The notes under the pieces were generated by a model. That model did no database searches, was not told where the DNA came from, and saw only the letters and a list, made by a program, of their open reading frames with translations. The position numbers and the translations under genes were made by a program. Below are positions 8,083 to 18,522 of a DNA stretch of 55,992 bases, piece after piece; positions within the stretch are counted from its first letter, which is position 1, and each line of letters starts with the position of its first letter. This stretch comes from Pseudomonadales bacterium (GTDB taxonomy: Bacteria > Pseudomonadota > Gammaproteobacteria > Pseudomonadales > UBA7434): assembly GCA_013043705.1 (NCBI GenBank), contig JABDNS010000049.1, positions 1-55,992 of the forward strand, in the 5' to 3' direction.

Positions 8083-8607
8083 CTATTGTGTTAGGAACAG
8101 CTTGCCATCGCGCTGACTAAATTGCACCTGTGAAAGCGCGCTCATTCCAAGCAAAATGGCATCGCTACCATTCATGCCCGGGTTCAGGTCGGCGCTTACA
8201 TTTTGCAAAGTAATTTCACCGATTTGTAAGCGATCGATACGTGTTGCATAGACGGTTACCCGCCCGTTAGCCGTGTAAGCTACGCCAGCGGGCCCTCTTT
8301 TTAGCTGCAACCTTTTGCCCATGTCTGCCGGAATTGCCACGTTGGTAGCGCAGGTATCCAACAGCAGCGTAACCGGCTGCCCGTTGATCTGCCCGGTGGT
8401 AACAAAATGGTTGTTGCGATTGGCCGCCAAAACCAGCGTTCGAGCACCGTCGACGTCGATCGTTTGTGGCTCACTATTCGGGTTATAGCGTCGTTGTTCA
8501 TCGGCGTTAAACCACATGGCCAGCAGGCCCAGCAGTACGAGCCAGGCCAGCACAAACATGGCGCCGCCTGCGCGACGCAGCGCACCGCCATTCTCTTCAT
8601 TATCCAA
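8083..8607 (-). CDS. Membrane-anchored clan AA (retropepsin-like, TIGR02281-type) aspartic protease
   Basis: N-terminal TM helix, NPN, HF..G.ING, LLDTCAT (normally DTGA), TANG, LLGMSAL. Confidence 0.88.
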   Translation of the reverse strand: MDNEENGGALRRAGGAMFVLAWLVLLGLLAMWFNADEQRRYNPNSEPQTIDVDGARTLVLAANRNNHFVTTGQINGQPVTLLLDTCATNVAIPADMGKRLQLKRGPAGVAYTANGRVTVYATRIDRLQIGEITLQNVSADLNPGMNGSDAILLGMSALSQVQFSQRDGKLFLTQ

Positions 8608-8711
8608 TTCGCCGATCGCCCTCTAGTTTGTGCTTTGCGCCTGCAAGATGGTTGCAGGTCACGGCAAAGCTGCGGACTTTATCACTAACCTGATGTGCAT
8701 AAAAAGCAAAC

Positions 8712-8727
8712 TGTGACCTTGTTCGCT
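8712..8727. promoter_or_regulatory. Candidate CRP/Vfr site in the divergent intergenic region
   Basis: TGTGA-N6-TCGCT, 8/10 match to TGTGA-N6-TCACA. Confidence 0.3.
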
Positions 8728-8875
8728 TGGCGTGGTGCCCGGCCCAAGCCCATCTGCATTAATGATTATACTTTGATCAATGCCAGATTTTCCGGCATCG
8801 GCGCAGTTAATGCTCGCGCGCCAGCCACAATCGCCCAAAAGGCGGATACCGGCGCAGGCTATACAGGATGACTCA

Positions 8876-11224
8876 ATGAATCCAGATGACAAAATAATCC
8901 CTATCGATACAGCCCGTGGCGATGCTACAGCGCCGGACAGTGTTAACCCGCGCGGTAGCGCCAGCATTACCCGCCGCATGTCAGCACCGGCCATCCAGCT
9001 TCGTGAGATGTTACAGCGCAACTTGTCTAAGCAGCTGCAAAGTATGTTCGACAGCGTTGATGATGCGCTATTCGACCTGGCAGAAAACGCGCCCAGCAAT
9101 CAACAACAAAACGTCTTTTTTGAATCGATGCGAGAAGTTCGCTTCAAGCGCGTTGAAATAGAGCGGGATTTTCTGGAGGCGGTGCAGCAGGGATTTGTAG
9201 ATCTTTTCAGTGACGGTGCCGCGCCGGCGGCGCAACTTGGCAACGGCCAGGCAAGTATGCAGGGCTCTGCCGATTCACTGGCCATTCTCGACGAGGACGC
9301 GGTTGAGGAAATGGTCGCGATCGACAGCATGGTCGCCAAATTCGACAAGCAGTTGGCTGGGCCACTGGCCGCACTTGATGCCAGGTTGGCGCATCTTGCC
9401 GGGCATGAAGTTACACGCTTTGGCAGTGTCAATATCAGTAACCCGGTTTGCCCGAAGCGGCTATGCCAAACTTTTTCCAGTGCTTGCCGGATTCTGAGCG
9501 TTGATATAAAAGCTCGCATCGTACTGTTCAAGCTTTTTGAAAAAATTGTGCTCTCGGACCTGGCTGCAATTTACAAGCAAGCCAACGAGAAACTCATTCG
9601 CGCCAATGTTTTGCCCGATTATCGCGGTAGCGTAGCTGCTGTGGGTAGCGCGACTCCAGCGGGTGAAAGTAAGCCGGCGGCTGCCCTTAAAGCCGGCCAG
9701 CAAACAGAGCTTTCTGAGCGTGCTATTTCGGTTGTTGAAGCACAGCAGGCACGCGAGTTGTCGCAGTTGATCTCCTTCGTTCCGCAATATGGTGTGGGTC
9801 TTGCCGATACGCAATCGGCGGCGCTGTCTAACGCTTTACAACTCTTGCAAACCAGCAATTATCCGGTAATTGGTAATGAGGTGTTGTGGCAGTTGCTGAA
9901 TACATTGCAACGACAACACGCTGCAGGTATTGCATCTGCCGATATGGGCCAGCCCGCGGCGCTTTTGCAGCGCCCCGAGGATGTGTTGCTGAACCTGGCC
10001 ACTAAGCTTGCGGCGGCTTCAGATAGTGCAGATCACTCAATTGGCCAGCGAGAGCGTGATGTGATTGGCCTTGTATCGATGCTGTTCCAGTTTGTATTGG
10101 AAGACCGTGTGGTATCCGAACCAATGAAAGCAGCTTTAAGCCGCTTACAGGTACCCATTATTAAAGTGGCGATGAACGAGTCCAATTTCTTTTGTAGCCC
10201 CAGCCACCCGGCGCGCAAGTTACTCAATGAAATGACGGAATCTGTGGTGGGTTGGGTAGCTTCGGATAACTATCAAACAGATCCACTTTACCAAATGGTC
10301 TGCAGTACGGTAGAGCGCATTACGCGTGAGTACGATAGCGACAGCCAGCTGTTTTTCGATGTATTGGCCGACTATAAGTCATGGTTAGACAGCGACAATA
10401 AGCGCACCGAGTTGCGTCGCAAACGCCTGGTAGATGCTGAGTCCGGCCGGGACGAATCGAACCGCGCGCGCGAGGATGTCAAACGCCTGATCGATGCACA
10501 GCCACTGGAGGGGATGCCGGCATTTATCTCACAGATGGTTGAAAAAGTCTGGAGTAATATTTTGTTTCTGGCTTATGTGCAGCAAGGCCCTGACGGCGAT
10601 CGATGGAGCAGTGCAAGGCAGACACTTGAAAAACTCATCTGGACCGTCTCACCCAAGCGCAGCGGTGGTGATCGCGCCGCGATTCTTCGCGAGCTACCTC
10701 CGCTGTTGAAAGCCTTGCGCCAGGGGCTGGAGTCGATTAATTACGACACGCGCGCCGGCAATGATTTTTTTGAGCAGTTGGAGCGTGCGCATATGCAGGT
10801 TATGCAGCGCACTGCGTCGCTGCCTGTACCGTCAAAACCACCTTCCGAGCCCCCAGCGGCCGGTTTGCAAGACGTCAGCGCGATGCAGTCGGCGAGTCCG
10901 GCAGCGGTGGAAGAAGTGAGTAACGTTGCCAACAATCAATACCTGAGTGCTGCCACGGCCATGGCCGTGGGTCAGTGGGTGGAATTGCAGGGCGAGGGCG
11001 AGAAAAAGCGTTGTCGGCTGGTTGCCATACTGCGCAATAGCGGTAAGCGTATCTTTATAAATCGTGCAGGCTCCAAGGCCGCCGAGTTAGATGTAGCGGG
11101 TATTGCGCAATTGCTGGAATCCGGCGATATGCTTCCGCTCGAAGATGCACAGCTATTCGATAAAGCGTTAACATCAATTATCGATGGCTTGCGCAAGCAT
11201 CAACATGAAGCTGTGGGAACCTAA
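8876..11224 (+). CDS. DUF1631 family protein
   Basis: DDALFDLAE, NP..P, FKLFEK, DVIGLVSMLF, RLQVPIIKVA..FF...HPARKLLN, G.WVE..FINR.G.K, LFDKAL. Position between nadC and ampD. ATG 8876 follows AGGA. Confidence 0.85.
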   Translation: MNPDDKIIPIDTARGDATAPDSVNPRGSASITRRMSAPAIQLREMLQRNLSKQLQSMFDSVDDALFDLAENAPSNQQQNVFFESMREVRFKRVEIERDFLEAVQQGFVDLFSDGAAPAAQLGNGQASMQGSADSLAILDEDAVEEMVAIDSMVAKFDKQLAGPLAALDARLAHLAGHEVTRFGSVNISNPVCPKRLCQTFSSACRILSVDIKARIVLFKLFEKIVLSDLAAIYKQANEKLIRANVLPDYRGSVAAVGSATPAGESKPAAALKAGQQTELSERAISVVEAQQARELSQLISFVPQYGVGLADTQSAALSNALQLLQTSNYPVIGNEVLWQLLNTLQRQHAAGIASADMGQPAALLQRPEDVLLNLATKLAAASDSADHSIGQRERDVIGLVSMLFQFVLEDRVVSEPMKAALSRLQVPIIKVAMNESNFFCSPSHPARKLLNEMTESVVGWVASDNYQTDPLYQMVCSTVERITREYDSDSQLFFDVLADYKSWLDSDNKRTELRRKRLVDAESGRDESNRAREDVKRLIDAQPLEGMPAFISQMVEKVWSNILFLAYVQQGPDGDRWSSARQTLEKLIWTVSPKRSGGDRAAILRELPPLLKALRQGLESINYDTRAGNDFFEQLERAHMQVMQRTASLPVPSKPPSEPPAAGLQDVSAMQSASPAAVEEVSNVANNQYLSAATAMAVGQWVELQGEGEKKRCRLVAILRNSGKRIFINRAGSKAAELDVAGIAQLLESGDMLPLEDAQLFDKALTSIIDGLRKHQHEAVGT

Positions 11225-11390
11225 CAAGCACGCGCCGCTCAATAAGGCCAATCCAGCCTTTTACACAGCGTTACCCTAATTTTTTGTTGCATAGCAGCGC
11301 GCTTTCCTGCGCGTGCTGCCTGGCTTTGCGCGCGTGATGCTCTGCGCTATGATGCGCCCCATTACTTCGTTTAATTTTTGGCAAATTGCT

Positions 11391-11939
11391 ATGCAATACG
11401 CGATGTCGAATGGTAGGCTGGACAAGGCTCGCTATTGCGAATCTCCCAACCGCGATGCAAGGCCGGATGCAATAGTCATCGATTTGCTGGTCATCCACTG
11501 CATTGCACTGCCGCCTGGCCTTTATGGCGGCCGCTATGTAGAGCAACTGTTTTGCAACTGTCTCCCTGCCAACGTGCATCCTTATTTTAACGAAGTATGC
11601 TCAATGCAGGTATCCGCGCACTTCCTGGTTCGCAGAAGCGGCGCCATCACACAGTTTGTCGATTGTGAAGATCGCGCCTGGCACGCCGGCCAATCGAGCT
11701 TTGCCGGGCGCGAACATTGCAATGACTTCAGTATTGGCATTGAACTTGAGGGTCGTGATGATGGTCTATTTACCGGTGCGCAATATCAGGTATTGGCGGC
11801 GCTAACGCGAGCTTTACAGCAGCAGTATCCGGGTATTGGCAACGACAGGGTAGTAGGGCACCAGGACATTGCGCCAGGTAGAAAAACTGATCCTGGCTCG
11901 GGTTTTGATTGGTCGCGTTTTCGCGCTATGCTCGAGTAA
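11391..11939 (+). CDS. ampD: 1,6-anhydro-N-acetylmuramyl-L-alanine amidase
   Basis: SPN.D.RP, IHCIALPPG, VSAHF, RAWHAG, CNDFSIGIELEG, GHQDIAPGRKTDPG. Confidence 0.96.
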   Translation: MQYAMSNGRLDKARYCESPNRDARPDAIVIDLLVIHCIALPPGLYGGRYVEQLFCNCLPANVHPYFNEVCSMQVSAHFLVRRSGAITQFVDCEDRAWHAGQSSFAGREHCNDFSIGIELEGRDDGLFTGAQYQVLAALTRALQQQYPGIGNDRVVGHQDIAPGRKTDPGSGFDWSRFRAMLE

Positions 11940-12144
11940 ACACAGCGCAGTTAAATTTTTCCAGGCAAGCTTTTCAATACAGGCATCAATGATGCATCGA
12001 TCCAGCAACCCAGGGCGATAAAATATTTATGGATAACCTGTTTAAACTGTTGTTATTTATTTTTTTAGGCGTGGGCTTGATGGTGGTTGTGCTTGAGCGC
12101 TTCGGTAAGCCGATGGACGCTGAAACCCAATACCGCTGGTCCAG

Positions 12145-13047
12145 ATGGGTGATTCCGCTGTGTGTGGTGTTGTTGGTTGCGCAATTGATCAGGCATTACT
12201 GGGTTTGAGCGTAAAGCTGGCCGAACAGAGTAGACCGGTTGCAGGCACCGACGTGCTGCTGCGGGTAGCGCGTTGCTCGGGGCTTGATAACGCATTGCGC
12301 GAGGCTTACTGGCAGCTGCTCGATGATGTGGAAAGAACGCGCAACCAAAGATTTCGTTTCCAGGCCGACCGCGATCGGCATTTATTAGGTCGCGCGTTGC
12401 TGCGCAGCTCAATTGCCGAGTGGCTTGGCACAAAACCGCAGGCGCTTAGCTTAAGGCTTGATGCGCACGGCAAACCCCAGCTTGGTAACGCTCCCAATGT
12501 ATTTGAAGAACCCGCAGCGTCGGAGCAGCTTCATTTTAACCTTTCGCATTCGGGAGACTGGGTGGTGGTGGCGCTTGCCAATGTGCCGGTAGGCATTGAT
12601 GTAGAGCATACGCTGCGTAAAAGCGATGTGCTTTCTTTGGCCGCGCATTACTTTTATGGCGAAGAGCTCAAGGAGCTACAGAGTTTTCCCGAACCAGAAC
12701 AACGCGAGCGATTTTTCGATTATTGGACCCTGAAAGAAGCCTATATGAAAGCGCGTGGCGAGGGCATTTCGCTGGGCCTGGAAAATTTTGGTTTTCGGCT
12801 ACACAGCGAAGGCGCGTGCGCTGCCCAAGCAAACACAGGCGAGAATAGCGCTGATAAAAATCGTATAGAATTAATGCTGAACGAGTCGCTGCAAGATAAT
12901 CCGCAGGCTTGGCAGTTTTTTTGCGTCTCGCCGGTTGCCGAATACCGGCTTGCGCTAGCCGTGCGCAGTGCGGGTAAAGCGACGATTCGCACTGAGGAAT
13001 ATTGGCCATTTAGGGAAAGTACCCCGCTGGATTGGAGGCTCAACTAA
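12145..13047 (+). CDS. Sfp-type 4'-phosphopantetheinyl transferase
   Basis: HGKP, FNLSHS, VGIDVE, FFDYWTLKEAYMKARGEG. Start codon uncertain. Confidence 0.9.
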   Translation: MGDSAVCGVVGCAIDQALLGLSVKLAEQSRPVAGTDVLLRVARCSGLDNALREAYWQLLDDVERTRNQRFRFQADRDRHLLGRALLRSSIAEWLGTKPQALSLRLDAHGKPQLGNAPNVFEEPAASEQLHFNLSHSGDWVVVALANVPVGIDVEHTLRKSDVLSLAAHYFYGEELKELQSFPEPEQRERFFDYWTLKEAYMKARGEGISLGLENFGFRLHSEGACAAQANTGENSADKNRIELMLNESLQDNPQAWQFFCVSPVAEYRLALAVRSAGKATIRTEEYWPFRESTPLDWRLN

Positions 13048-13140
13048 CAGCGATGCTATTGCGGCATTTGCGATTGGCAGTGTTGGCCGTGTTGGTATTG
13101 TTAATATATTTAGAAGTTATTGGATAGCGCAGAGACGACA

Positions 13141-13794
13141 ATGTTTGAACGTTTTCTAAATGACAAGCGAAGCATGGTGTTGGCGGAGCAGGCGCTGCCG
13201 GGCCGGGCGGAAAAAATGCAGGTACCCGACAAGCACTTTGTTAATGGTGGCAGCATGCTGGATAGCGCGGGCCAGTTGCACTGCCCGGACGGGTCAGTGC
13301 GAGCAATGTTTGGCATGGGTTGCTTTTGGGGTGCAGAGCGAAAGTTTTGGCAGCTAGAGGGCGTAAGCCTTACCGCAGTTGGCTACGCAGCGGGTTATAC
13401 GCAAAACCCAAGTTATGAAGAAGTATGCAGTGGGCGCACCGGGCACAATGAAGTTGTTGCGCTGGTATTTAATCCGCAAGAGATCAAGTATGCAGCGCTG
13501 TTAGCGGTATTTTTCGAGGGCCACGATCCGACCCAGGGCATGCAGCAGGGTAATGATGTTGGCACACAGTATCGCTCGGGAATTTACTGCTATGGCGCGG
13601 AACAGTTGGCGCAGGCCAGGCAGGCAGTAGTGCAATACCAGGCGCAATTAAAAAAGGCAGGGCGTGGCGATATAACCACCGAAATCATTCAAGCGCCGGA
13701 TTTTTACTTTGCTGAAAGCTATCACCAACAATACCTGGCCAAAAATCCGGGCGGCTACTGCGGGCTTGGCGGCACCGGTGTTTGTTTCAATTAA
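13141..13794 (+). CDS. msrA: Peptide-methionine (S)-S-oxide reductase
   Basis: [46 protein letters not shown]. Confidence 0.97.
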   Translation: MFERFLNDKRSMVLAEQALPGRAEKMQVPDKHFVNGGSMLDSAGQLHCPDGSVRAMFGMGCFWGAERKFWQLEGVSLTAVGYAAGYTQNPSYEEVCSGRTGHNEVVALVFNPQEIKYAALLAVFFEGHDPTQGMQQGNDVGTQYRSGIYCYGAEQLAQARQAVVQYQAQLKKAGRGDITTEIIQAPDFYFAESYHQQYLAKNPGGYCGLGGTGVCFN

Positions 13795-14576
13795 TATTCG
13801 CTAAGAAAGCCGCGAACCTCGGCCAGTAATTGCACGAGCGCAACTTCGCTGCGAAAGATCCGGCTGCCAAGGCTCATCTCACGCGCGCCAGCTTCGACCA
13901 GCTTATTCACCTCGTAGGGGATTAGCCCGCCCTCGGGCCCAATCACAATATTTATGGTGTCTTCGGCGACCTGCCCGCGCAGCGCCTGTTTGGCGCTCAG
14001 CGCGCTGCCAGGTTGGGCTAGCAGTAACATTTCGCCGTTTATTAAGCCTGGTAGCACATCTTCGACAAAAGGCCTGAACAGGCGCTGTTGATGCAGCACC
14101 GGCATTAGCGTATCTACCGATTGCGATAAGCCCAGCTTGAACTGCTGGTTAACTTGCGCGGGTTTTAGCAGCGGGCTGGACCAGTAGCTTTTTTCAACCT
14201 TGTAACAATTAAAAACGTGGATTTCTTTCACGCCCAGTTCGGCCAATAGCCTGAGTATTCTGCGGGCAGCCTTGGGGCGTGGTAGCGCGACAAAAACGCG
14301 ACAGTTGAGCGGGACGGGCGGCGGTTGGGTGAACGCGTGCGTATCGGTTTCAATCGTTACCGCATTGCTGGCGAGTTCGATGTTGTTAATGGTGGCGCGG
14401 CCAATTTGGCCATTGATAATGCCGGCTTTCAGGCTATCGCCCGCGGTTGCCCGGAGTACTTCAACAATGTGTGTTGCGCGCGCGTCCCGCAGCGTAATTA
14501 AGGTATGGCCGGCATTGCCATGGCCCGCTGTATGTGCGGCCGGCAACTCGTTGCGATCGAGAAGTAACAGGTTCAT
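13791..14576 (-). CDS. rsmE: 16S rRNA m3U1498 methyltransferase
   Basis: [30 protein letters not shown]. Confidence 0.88.
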   Translation of the reverse strand: MNLLLLDRNELPAAHTAGHGNAGHTLITLRDARATHIVEVLRATAGDSLKAGIINGQIGRATINNIELASNAVTIETDTHAFTQPPPVPLNCRVFVALPRPKAARRILRLLAELGVKEIHVFNCYKVEKSYWSSPLLKPAQVNQQFKLGLSQSVDTLMPVLHQQRLFRPFVEDVLPGLINGEMLLLAQPGSALSAKQALRGQVAEDTINIVIGPEGGLIPYEVNKLVEAGAREMSLGSRIFRSEVALVQLLAEVRGFLSEY

Positions 14577-15922
14577 TCATCGAGTGCGCGTGCGAACAGG
14601 TCGTAATCATCGGCGCCGGTTATCGTTGTTTCGATTAATTGACCAGCCTGGTAGTCGCCGTCGGCTTCTACAAACACCACGCCATCAATTTCAGGCGCAT
14701 CGGCGCTGCTGCGGCCAACCAGGCAGTCGCGCTCTTCATCGATGCCATCGATGATAATCGTTTGCCGTGTACCCACTTTTGCCGCCAACCGCGCTGCACT
14801 AATCGATTGCTGTGTTTGCATGAAGCGTTGGTAGCGCTCGTGTTTCAGGTCGTCGGGCACATGGCCTGGCAATTCATTGGCGTCGGCACCTGCTACTGGC
14901 GAGTATTCAAAGCAGCCTACGCGGTCGAGTTGTGCCTGCTCGAGAAACGCCAGTAGCTCATCAAAATCTGTGTCGGTTTCGCCAGGAAAGCCTACGATAA
15001 AGGTGCTGCGTATGGTGAGTTCAGGGCAGTCGCGGCGCCACTGATTAATGCGCGCCAGTGTGTTCTCGGTAGCAGCAGGGCGCTTCATGTCTTTCAAAAT
15101 GCGCATGCTGGCATGTTGGAAAGGGATATCGAGGTAGGGCAGGATTTTGCCCTGCGCCATGAGTGGAATAATTTTATCGACGTGCGGGTAGGGATATACA
15201 TAATGCAGCCGCACCCAAATACCAAGTTCGCCAAGTGCTTCGCACAGATCCTGCATTTTGGTTTTAAGTGGCCGCCCGTTCCAGAAATCGGTTTGGTACT
15301 TACGGTCAACGCCGTAGGCGCTAGTGTCTTGCGATATAACCAGTAGCTCACGTACGCCGGCTGCTTTTAATCGCGTGGCTTCTTCCATCACATCGCCGAT
15401 CGGTCGGCTCACCAGGTCGCCGCGCATCGACGGAATAATACAAAAGCTGCAGCGATGGTTGCAGCCCTCTGAAATCTTCAGGTAGGCATAGTGGCGCGGC
15501 GTGAGCTTGATGCCCTGCGGTGGTACCAGGTCTACAAACGGGTCGTGCACTACCGGGTTGGGCGCGTATTGATGCACCGCGCCCACCACCTGCTCGTAAG
15601 CATGCGGCCCGCTAATATCCAGCACGTTCGGGTGGGCTTCGCGTATCTCCTCTGCGTTCGCGCCGAGGCAGCCGGTAACAATAACTTTACCGTTTTCGCG
15701 CAATGCTTCGCCGATGGCGTCCAGTGATTCGCGCTTGGCATTATCGATAAACCCACAGGTATTCACCACCACCATATCTGCACCATGGTAGTCGCCAACC
15801 AGCTCGTATCCATCGGCGCGAAGTTGCGTAAGTATGCGCTCGGAGTCAACCAGCGCCTTGGGGCAACCGAGGCTGATCATGCCAATTTTTTTGGCGTCGG
15901 TGTTGGGCTTGCTGCTACTCAT
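14573..15922 (-). CDS. rimO: Ribosomal protein S12 methylthiotransferase
   Basis: [18 protein letters not shown], radical [12 protein letters not shown]-terminal TRAM domain with DAPEIDG. Confidence 0.97.
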   Translation of the reverse strand: MSSSKPNTDAKKIGMISLGCPKALVDSERILTQLRADGYELVGDYHGADMVVVNTCGFIDNAKRESLDAIGEALRENGKVIVTGCLGANAEEIREAHPNVLDISGPHAYEQVVGAVHQYAPNPVVHDPFVDLVPPQGIKLTPRHYAYLKISEGCNHRCSFCIIPSMRGDLVSRPIGDVMEEATRLKAAGVRELLVISQDTSAYGVDRKYQTDFWNGRPLKTKMQDLCEALGELGIWVRLHYVYPYPHVDKIIPLMAQGKILPYLDIPFQHASMRILKDMKRPAATENTLARINQWRRDCPELTIRSTFIVGFPGETDTDFDELLAFLEQAQLDRVGCFEYSPVAGADANELPGHVPDDLKHERYQRFMQTQQSISAARLAAKVGTRQTIIIDGIDEERDCLVGRSSADAPEIDGVVFVEADGDYQAGQLIETTITGADDYDLFARALDE

Positions 15923-15969
15923 GGTCGAGAACTATTTTTCCTGTTTGACGGCAAGCTGTATAAGCAGCG

Positions 15970-16479
15970 CTAAGTTTTTACAGGGCGAATTTTACAGAGA
16001 ATTTGGCCGCGCAGTAGCTCAATAACGCGGCTGGCTTCCTCGCGACTCAAAAAGTCGCCGATATTCACAGACTCGCCTTGGCAATGCAGTGTGAGCTTGC
16101 TGGCCTGCCAGTCGTGGCTGGCCGGTTCAATTTCAAGGTGGGTGTCGCGCTTGGGCCATGTCCAGCTGCCACGTGGCCGATACACGCCTTTTTCAATTAA
16201 CAGCTTGGCGTCATCGAAGGCCAGTATGTGGCGGTAGCTCAGTTTCCAGGAAACGTAGTACAGCGCGGCTGTGAGCGCGGCAATTTCGAGCCCGGCAAAG
16301 GGTAATATCATCCAGATGCCCAGCCGCAGGAAGAAACCAGCGGCGATGCCGATGCAGAGGACGCCGAGCGCCCAGATAACTTTTTTATTTTGCTGCCAGT
16401 CCAGCGAGCGATTGGGCGCCATTACCAGCCGCAGCTGATAAGGGGCGCCCGTCTCGGTGCGCTCATCTACTTCGAGCAA
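15970..16479 (-). CDS. DUF2244 family membrane protein
   Basis: PNRSL, two TM helices, W.ILPFAGLE, IGDFL..EE. TTG start inferred just after the upstream stop. Confidence 0.8.
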   Translation of the reverse strand: MLEVDERTETGAPYQLRLVMAPNRSLDWQQNKKVIWALGVLCIGIAAGFFLRLGIWMILPFAGLEIAALTAALYYVSWKLSYRHILAFDDAKLLIEKGVYRPRGSWTWPKRDTHLEIEPASHDWQASKLTLHCQGESVNIGDFLSREEASRVIELLRGQILCKIRPVKT

Positions 16480-16487
16480 GAGTTCAG

Positions 16488-17174
16488 CTAGCTTTTGTTG
16501 AACTTGACTACCAGGATGTCGCCGTTGGCAGGCGTGGGTTCGGGCAGTTCCCAATCCCAGACTTCGTGCGTAAAGTGGTCGTCGAGCCGGTCGCAGAGAT
16601 CGACAAAAGGCTGGCGCTGCGGGTCGGCGATAATGGCTTTTTTCACGCCGGCCTTTTTCGCACGCTTGAACAGTTTGAACAGCGTGTCGTTTAGTGAATC
16701 CCAAAAACAGATATCACCACCAATAATAATGTCAAAATTGGATAGCGTTTCAACATCAAGTTTTTCAAATTTACGATGCAGCGTATCAATTTCCACGCCA
16801 TTGAGTTCAGCGTGCGCATCTACATATGGGAACACTTCTTTGTCGGCATCGACGCCGGTAACTTTACAGCCGAACTTTTTCGCGCAGTAGATAGAGGTTA
16901 AGCCCCAGCCGCAGCCAAGATCCAGAATGCGGTGCTTTTTCTTCGGAGGATTGTCTGTCAGGTAATCCATCAGCAGATAACTGGAGCTCCAGAACTTATT
17001 GCCGTGAATTGACGTGGGGTACTTTCGCTTGAGCTTGCGAATAGTCGGGTGCTTGGTCGTCATGCGCAGCACGCCCATCTCCTCGATAATTTCCGGCTTC
17101 TTTACTTTGTCTTTTTTCTTGCTCGCGGGCTTGCGCCGGGTGTTCGCTGATGTCGCTGCTGCGGTCGTAGTCAT
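16488..17174 (-). CDS. Class I SAM-dependent methyltransferase (protein-lysine methyltransferase family 16-like)
   Basis: HGNKFWSSS, ILDLGCGWG, GVD, GGDICF, ADPQR. Confidence 0.82.
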   Translation of the reverse strand: MTTTAAATSANTRRKPASKKKDKVKKPEIIEEMGVLRMTTKHPTIRKLKRKYPTSIHGNKFWSSSYLLMDYLTDNPPKKKHRILDLGCGWGLTSIYCAKKFGCKVTGVDADKEVFPYVDAHAELNGVEIDTLHRKFEKLDVETLSNFDIIIGGDICFWDSLNDTLFKLFKRAKKAGVKKAIIADPQRQPFVDLCDRLDDHFTHEVWDWELPEPTPANGDILVVKFNKS

Positions 17175-17492
17175 GGCATGTCCGTGATGGTTTCGCGGCG
17201 ATGCCGCAGGTGAATACAAAAGCCCTCAACCAGTAGATCGAGGAATGGTTATAGCAGCGGGGAATTATAGATGCTGCATGCCCGCTTGTGGCCATTGCAG
17301 GTGAAATTCGCACTAGCTTGTAAAATAGTCACGCTGCCAGTGGCCAATTGCAGCTATCCTCGCGGCAGCGGCCAAACGCAACGCGGCAGGCAATGCGTGA
17401 TAGTGCGGTTTTTGCGAGTGCGGAGCCTGTGTTACTGCATGCTAAGATGCGCCGCGAAATGCCCTGCGCGGCGCCTGCAAGCGGAAAGACTG

Positions 17493-18515
17493 TTGTACAA
17501 ATTCATTCGCCCACTGTTGTTTGCGCTCGACCCCGAGCGCGCGCACCATCTAACCCTAAGCACGCTGCAAATGAGCGTAGCGCCGCTGTCGAGGCTGCTG
17601 CCCGCACGCGTTGCAGACCCGGTTGAGATAATGGGTGTGAGCTTTGCAAATCGCGTTGGTCTTGCGGCCGGTCTCGACAAGGACGGACGCTGTATGCAGG
17701 GCTTGCAGAGTCTTGGTTTCGGATTTATCGAAATCGGCACGGTAACGCCACTAGCGCAGCCGGGCAACCCCAAGCCGCGTATGTTCCGCCTGGTACCCGA
17801 GCAGTCGATTATCAATCGCATGGGTTTTAACAACGATGGACTCGACGCATTGCTACCGCGCTTGCTGCGTTTGAAACAACATCCTCTGCAGGTGCCGCTG
17901 GGCATTAATTTGGGCAAGAATAAAATTACACCGGCCGAGCATGCGCTGAACGACTACCTGACCGGCCTGAATGCAGTTTACCCCTACGCCGATTACATTA
18001 CCATAAACCTTTCATCGCCAAATACGCCTGGCCTGCGCGATCTGCAATTTGGCGAGCCGTTGAATCGCCTGCTATCGGCATTGTCGGTACGCCGTGAGGA
18101 GCTTGCCGCACGTCACACGGTGCACCGGCCGATTTTGGTCAAGATCGCACCGGATATGGCGCGTGATGATTTGCTTGAAGTGGCAGATAGTTTGCTGCGC
18201 TTTGGTATCGACGGCATCATTGCAACCAACACCACCATTGATCGCTCAGCCGTTGCCAGCAGTAAACACGCGGCCGAAAGCGGCGGGCTTAGTGGTGCGG
18301 TGTTGTTCGATCGCAGCACTGAAGTGGTTCGGCTTTTGGCCGAGCACTTGCAGGGCGAAATCACAATTGTCGGCGTGGGCGGCATCGACAGCGCAGATAA
18401 AGCCATAGCCAAGCTCGAGGCCGGTGCCGACCTGCTGCAGTTGTACAGCGGGCTAATCTACCAGGGCCCCGGCCTGGTGGGTGATTGTGCCCGCGCAGCA
18501 GCGCAGCAGAGGTAG
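17493..18515 (+). CDS. pyrD: Quinone-dependent dihydroorotate dehydrogenase
   Basis: DPERAH, GLAAGLDK, NRMGFNN, NLSSPNTPGLR, VKIAPD, GGLSG. TTG start inferred. Confidence 0.96.
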   Translation: MYKFIRPLLFALDPERAHHLTLSTLQMSVAPLSRLLPARVADPVEIMGVSFANRVGLAAGLDKDGRCMQGLQSLGFGFIEIGTVTPLAQPGNPKPRMFRLVPEQSIINRMGFNNDGLDALLPRLLRLKQHPLQVPLGINLGKNKITPAEHALNDYLTGLNAVYPYADYITINLSSPNTPGLRDLQFGEPLNRLLSALSVRREELAARHTVHRPILVKIAPDMARDDLLEVADSLLRFGIDGIIATNTTIDRSAVASSKHAAESGGLSGAVLFDRSTEVVRLLAEHLQGEITIVGVGGIDSADKAIAKLEAGADLLQLYSGLIYQGPGLVGDCARAAAQQR

Positions 18516-18522
18516 GCCAGCG

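Noticed and set aside
8758-8776. Fur-box-like AT-rich stretch upstream of DUF1631
   Set aside because: Only about 11/19 match, with poor symmetry.
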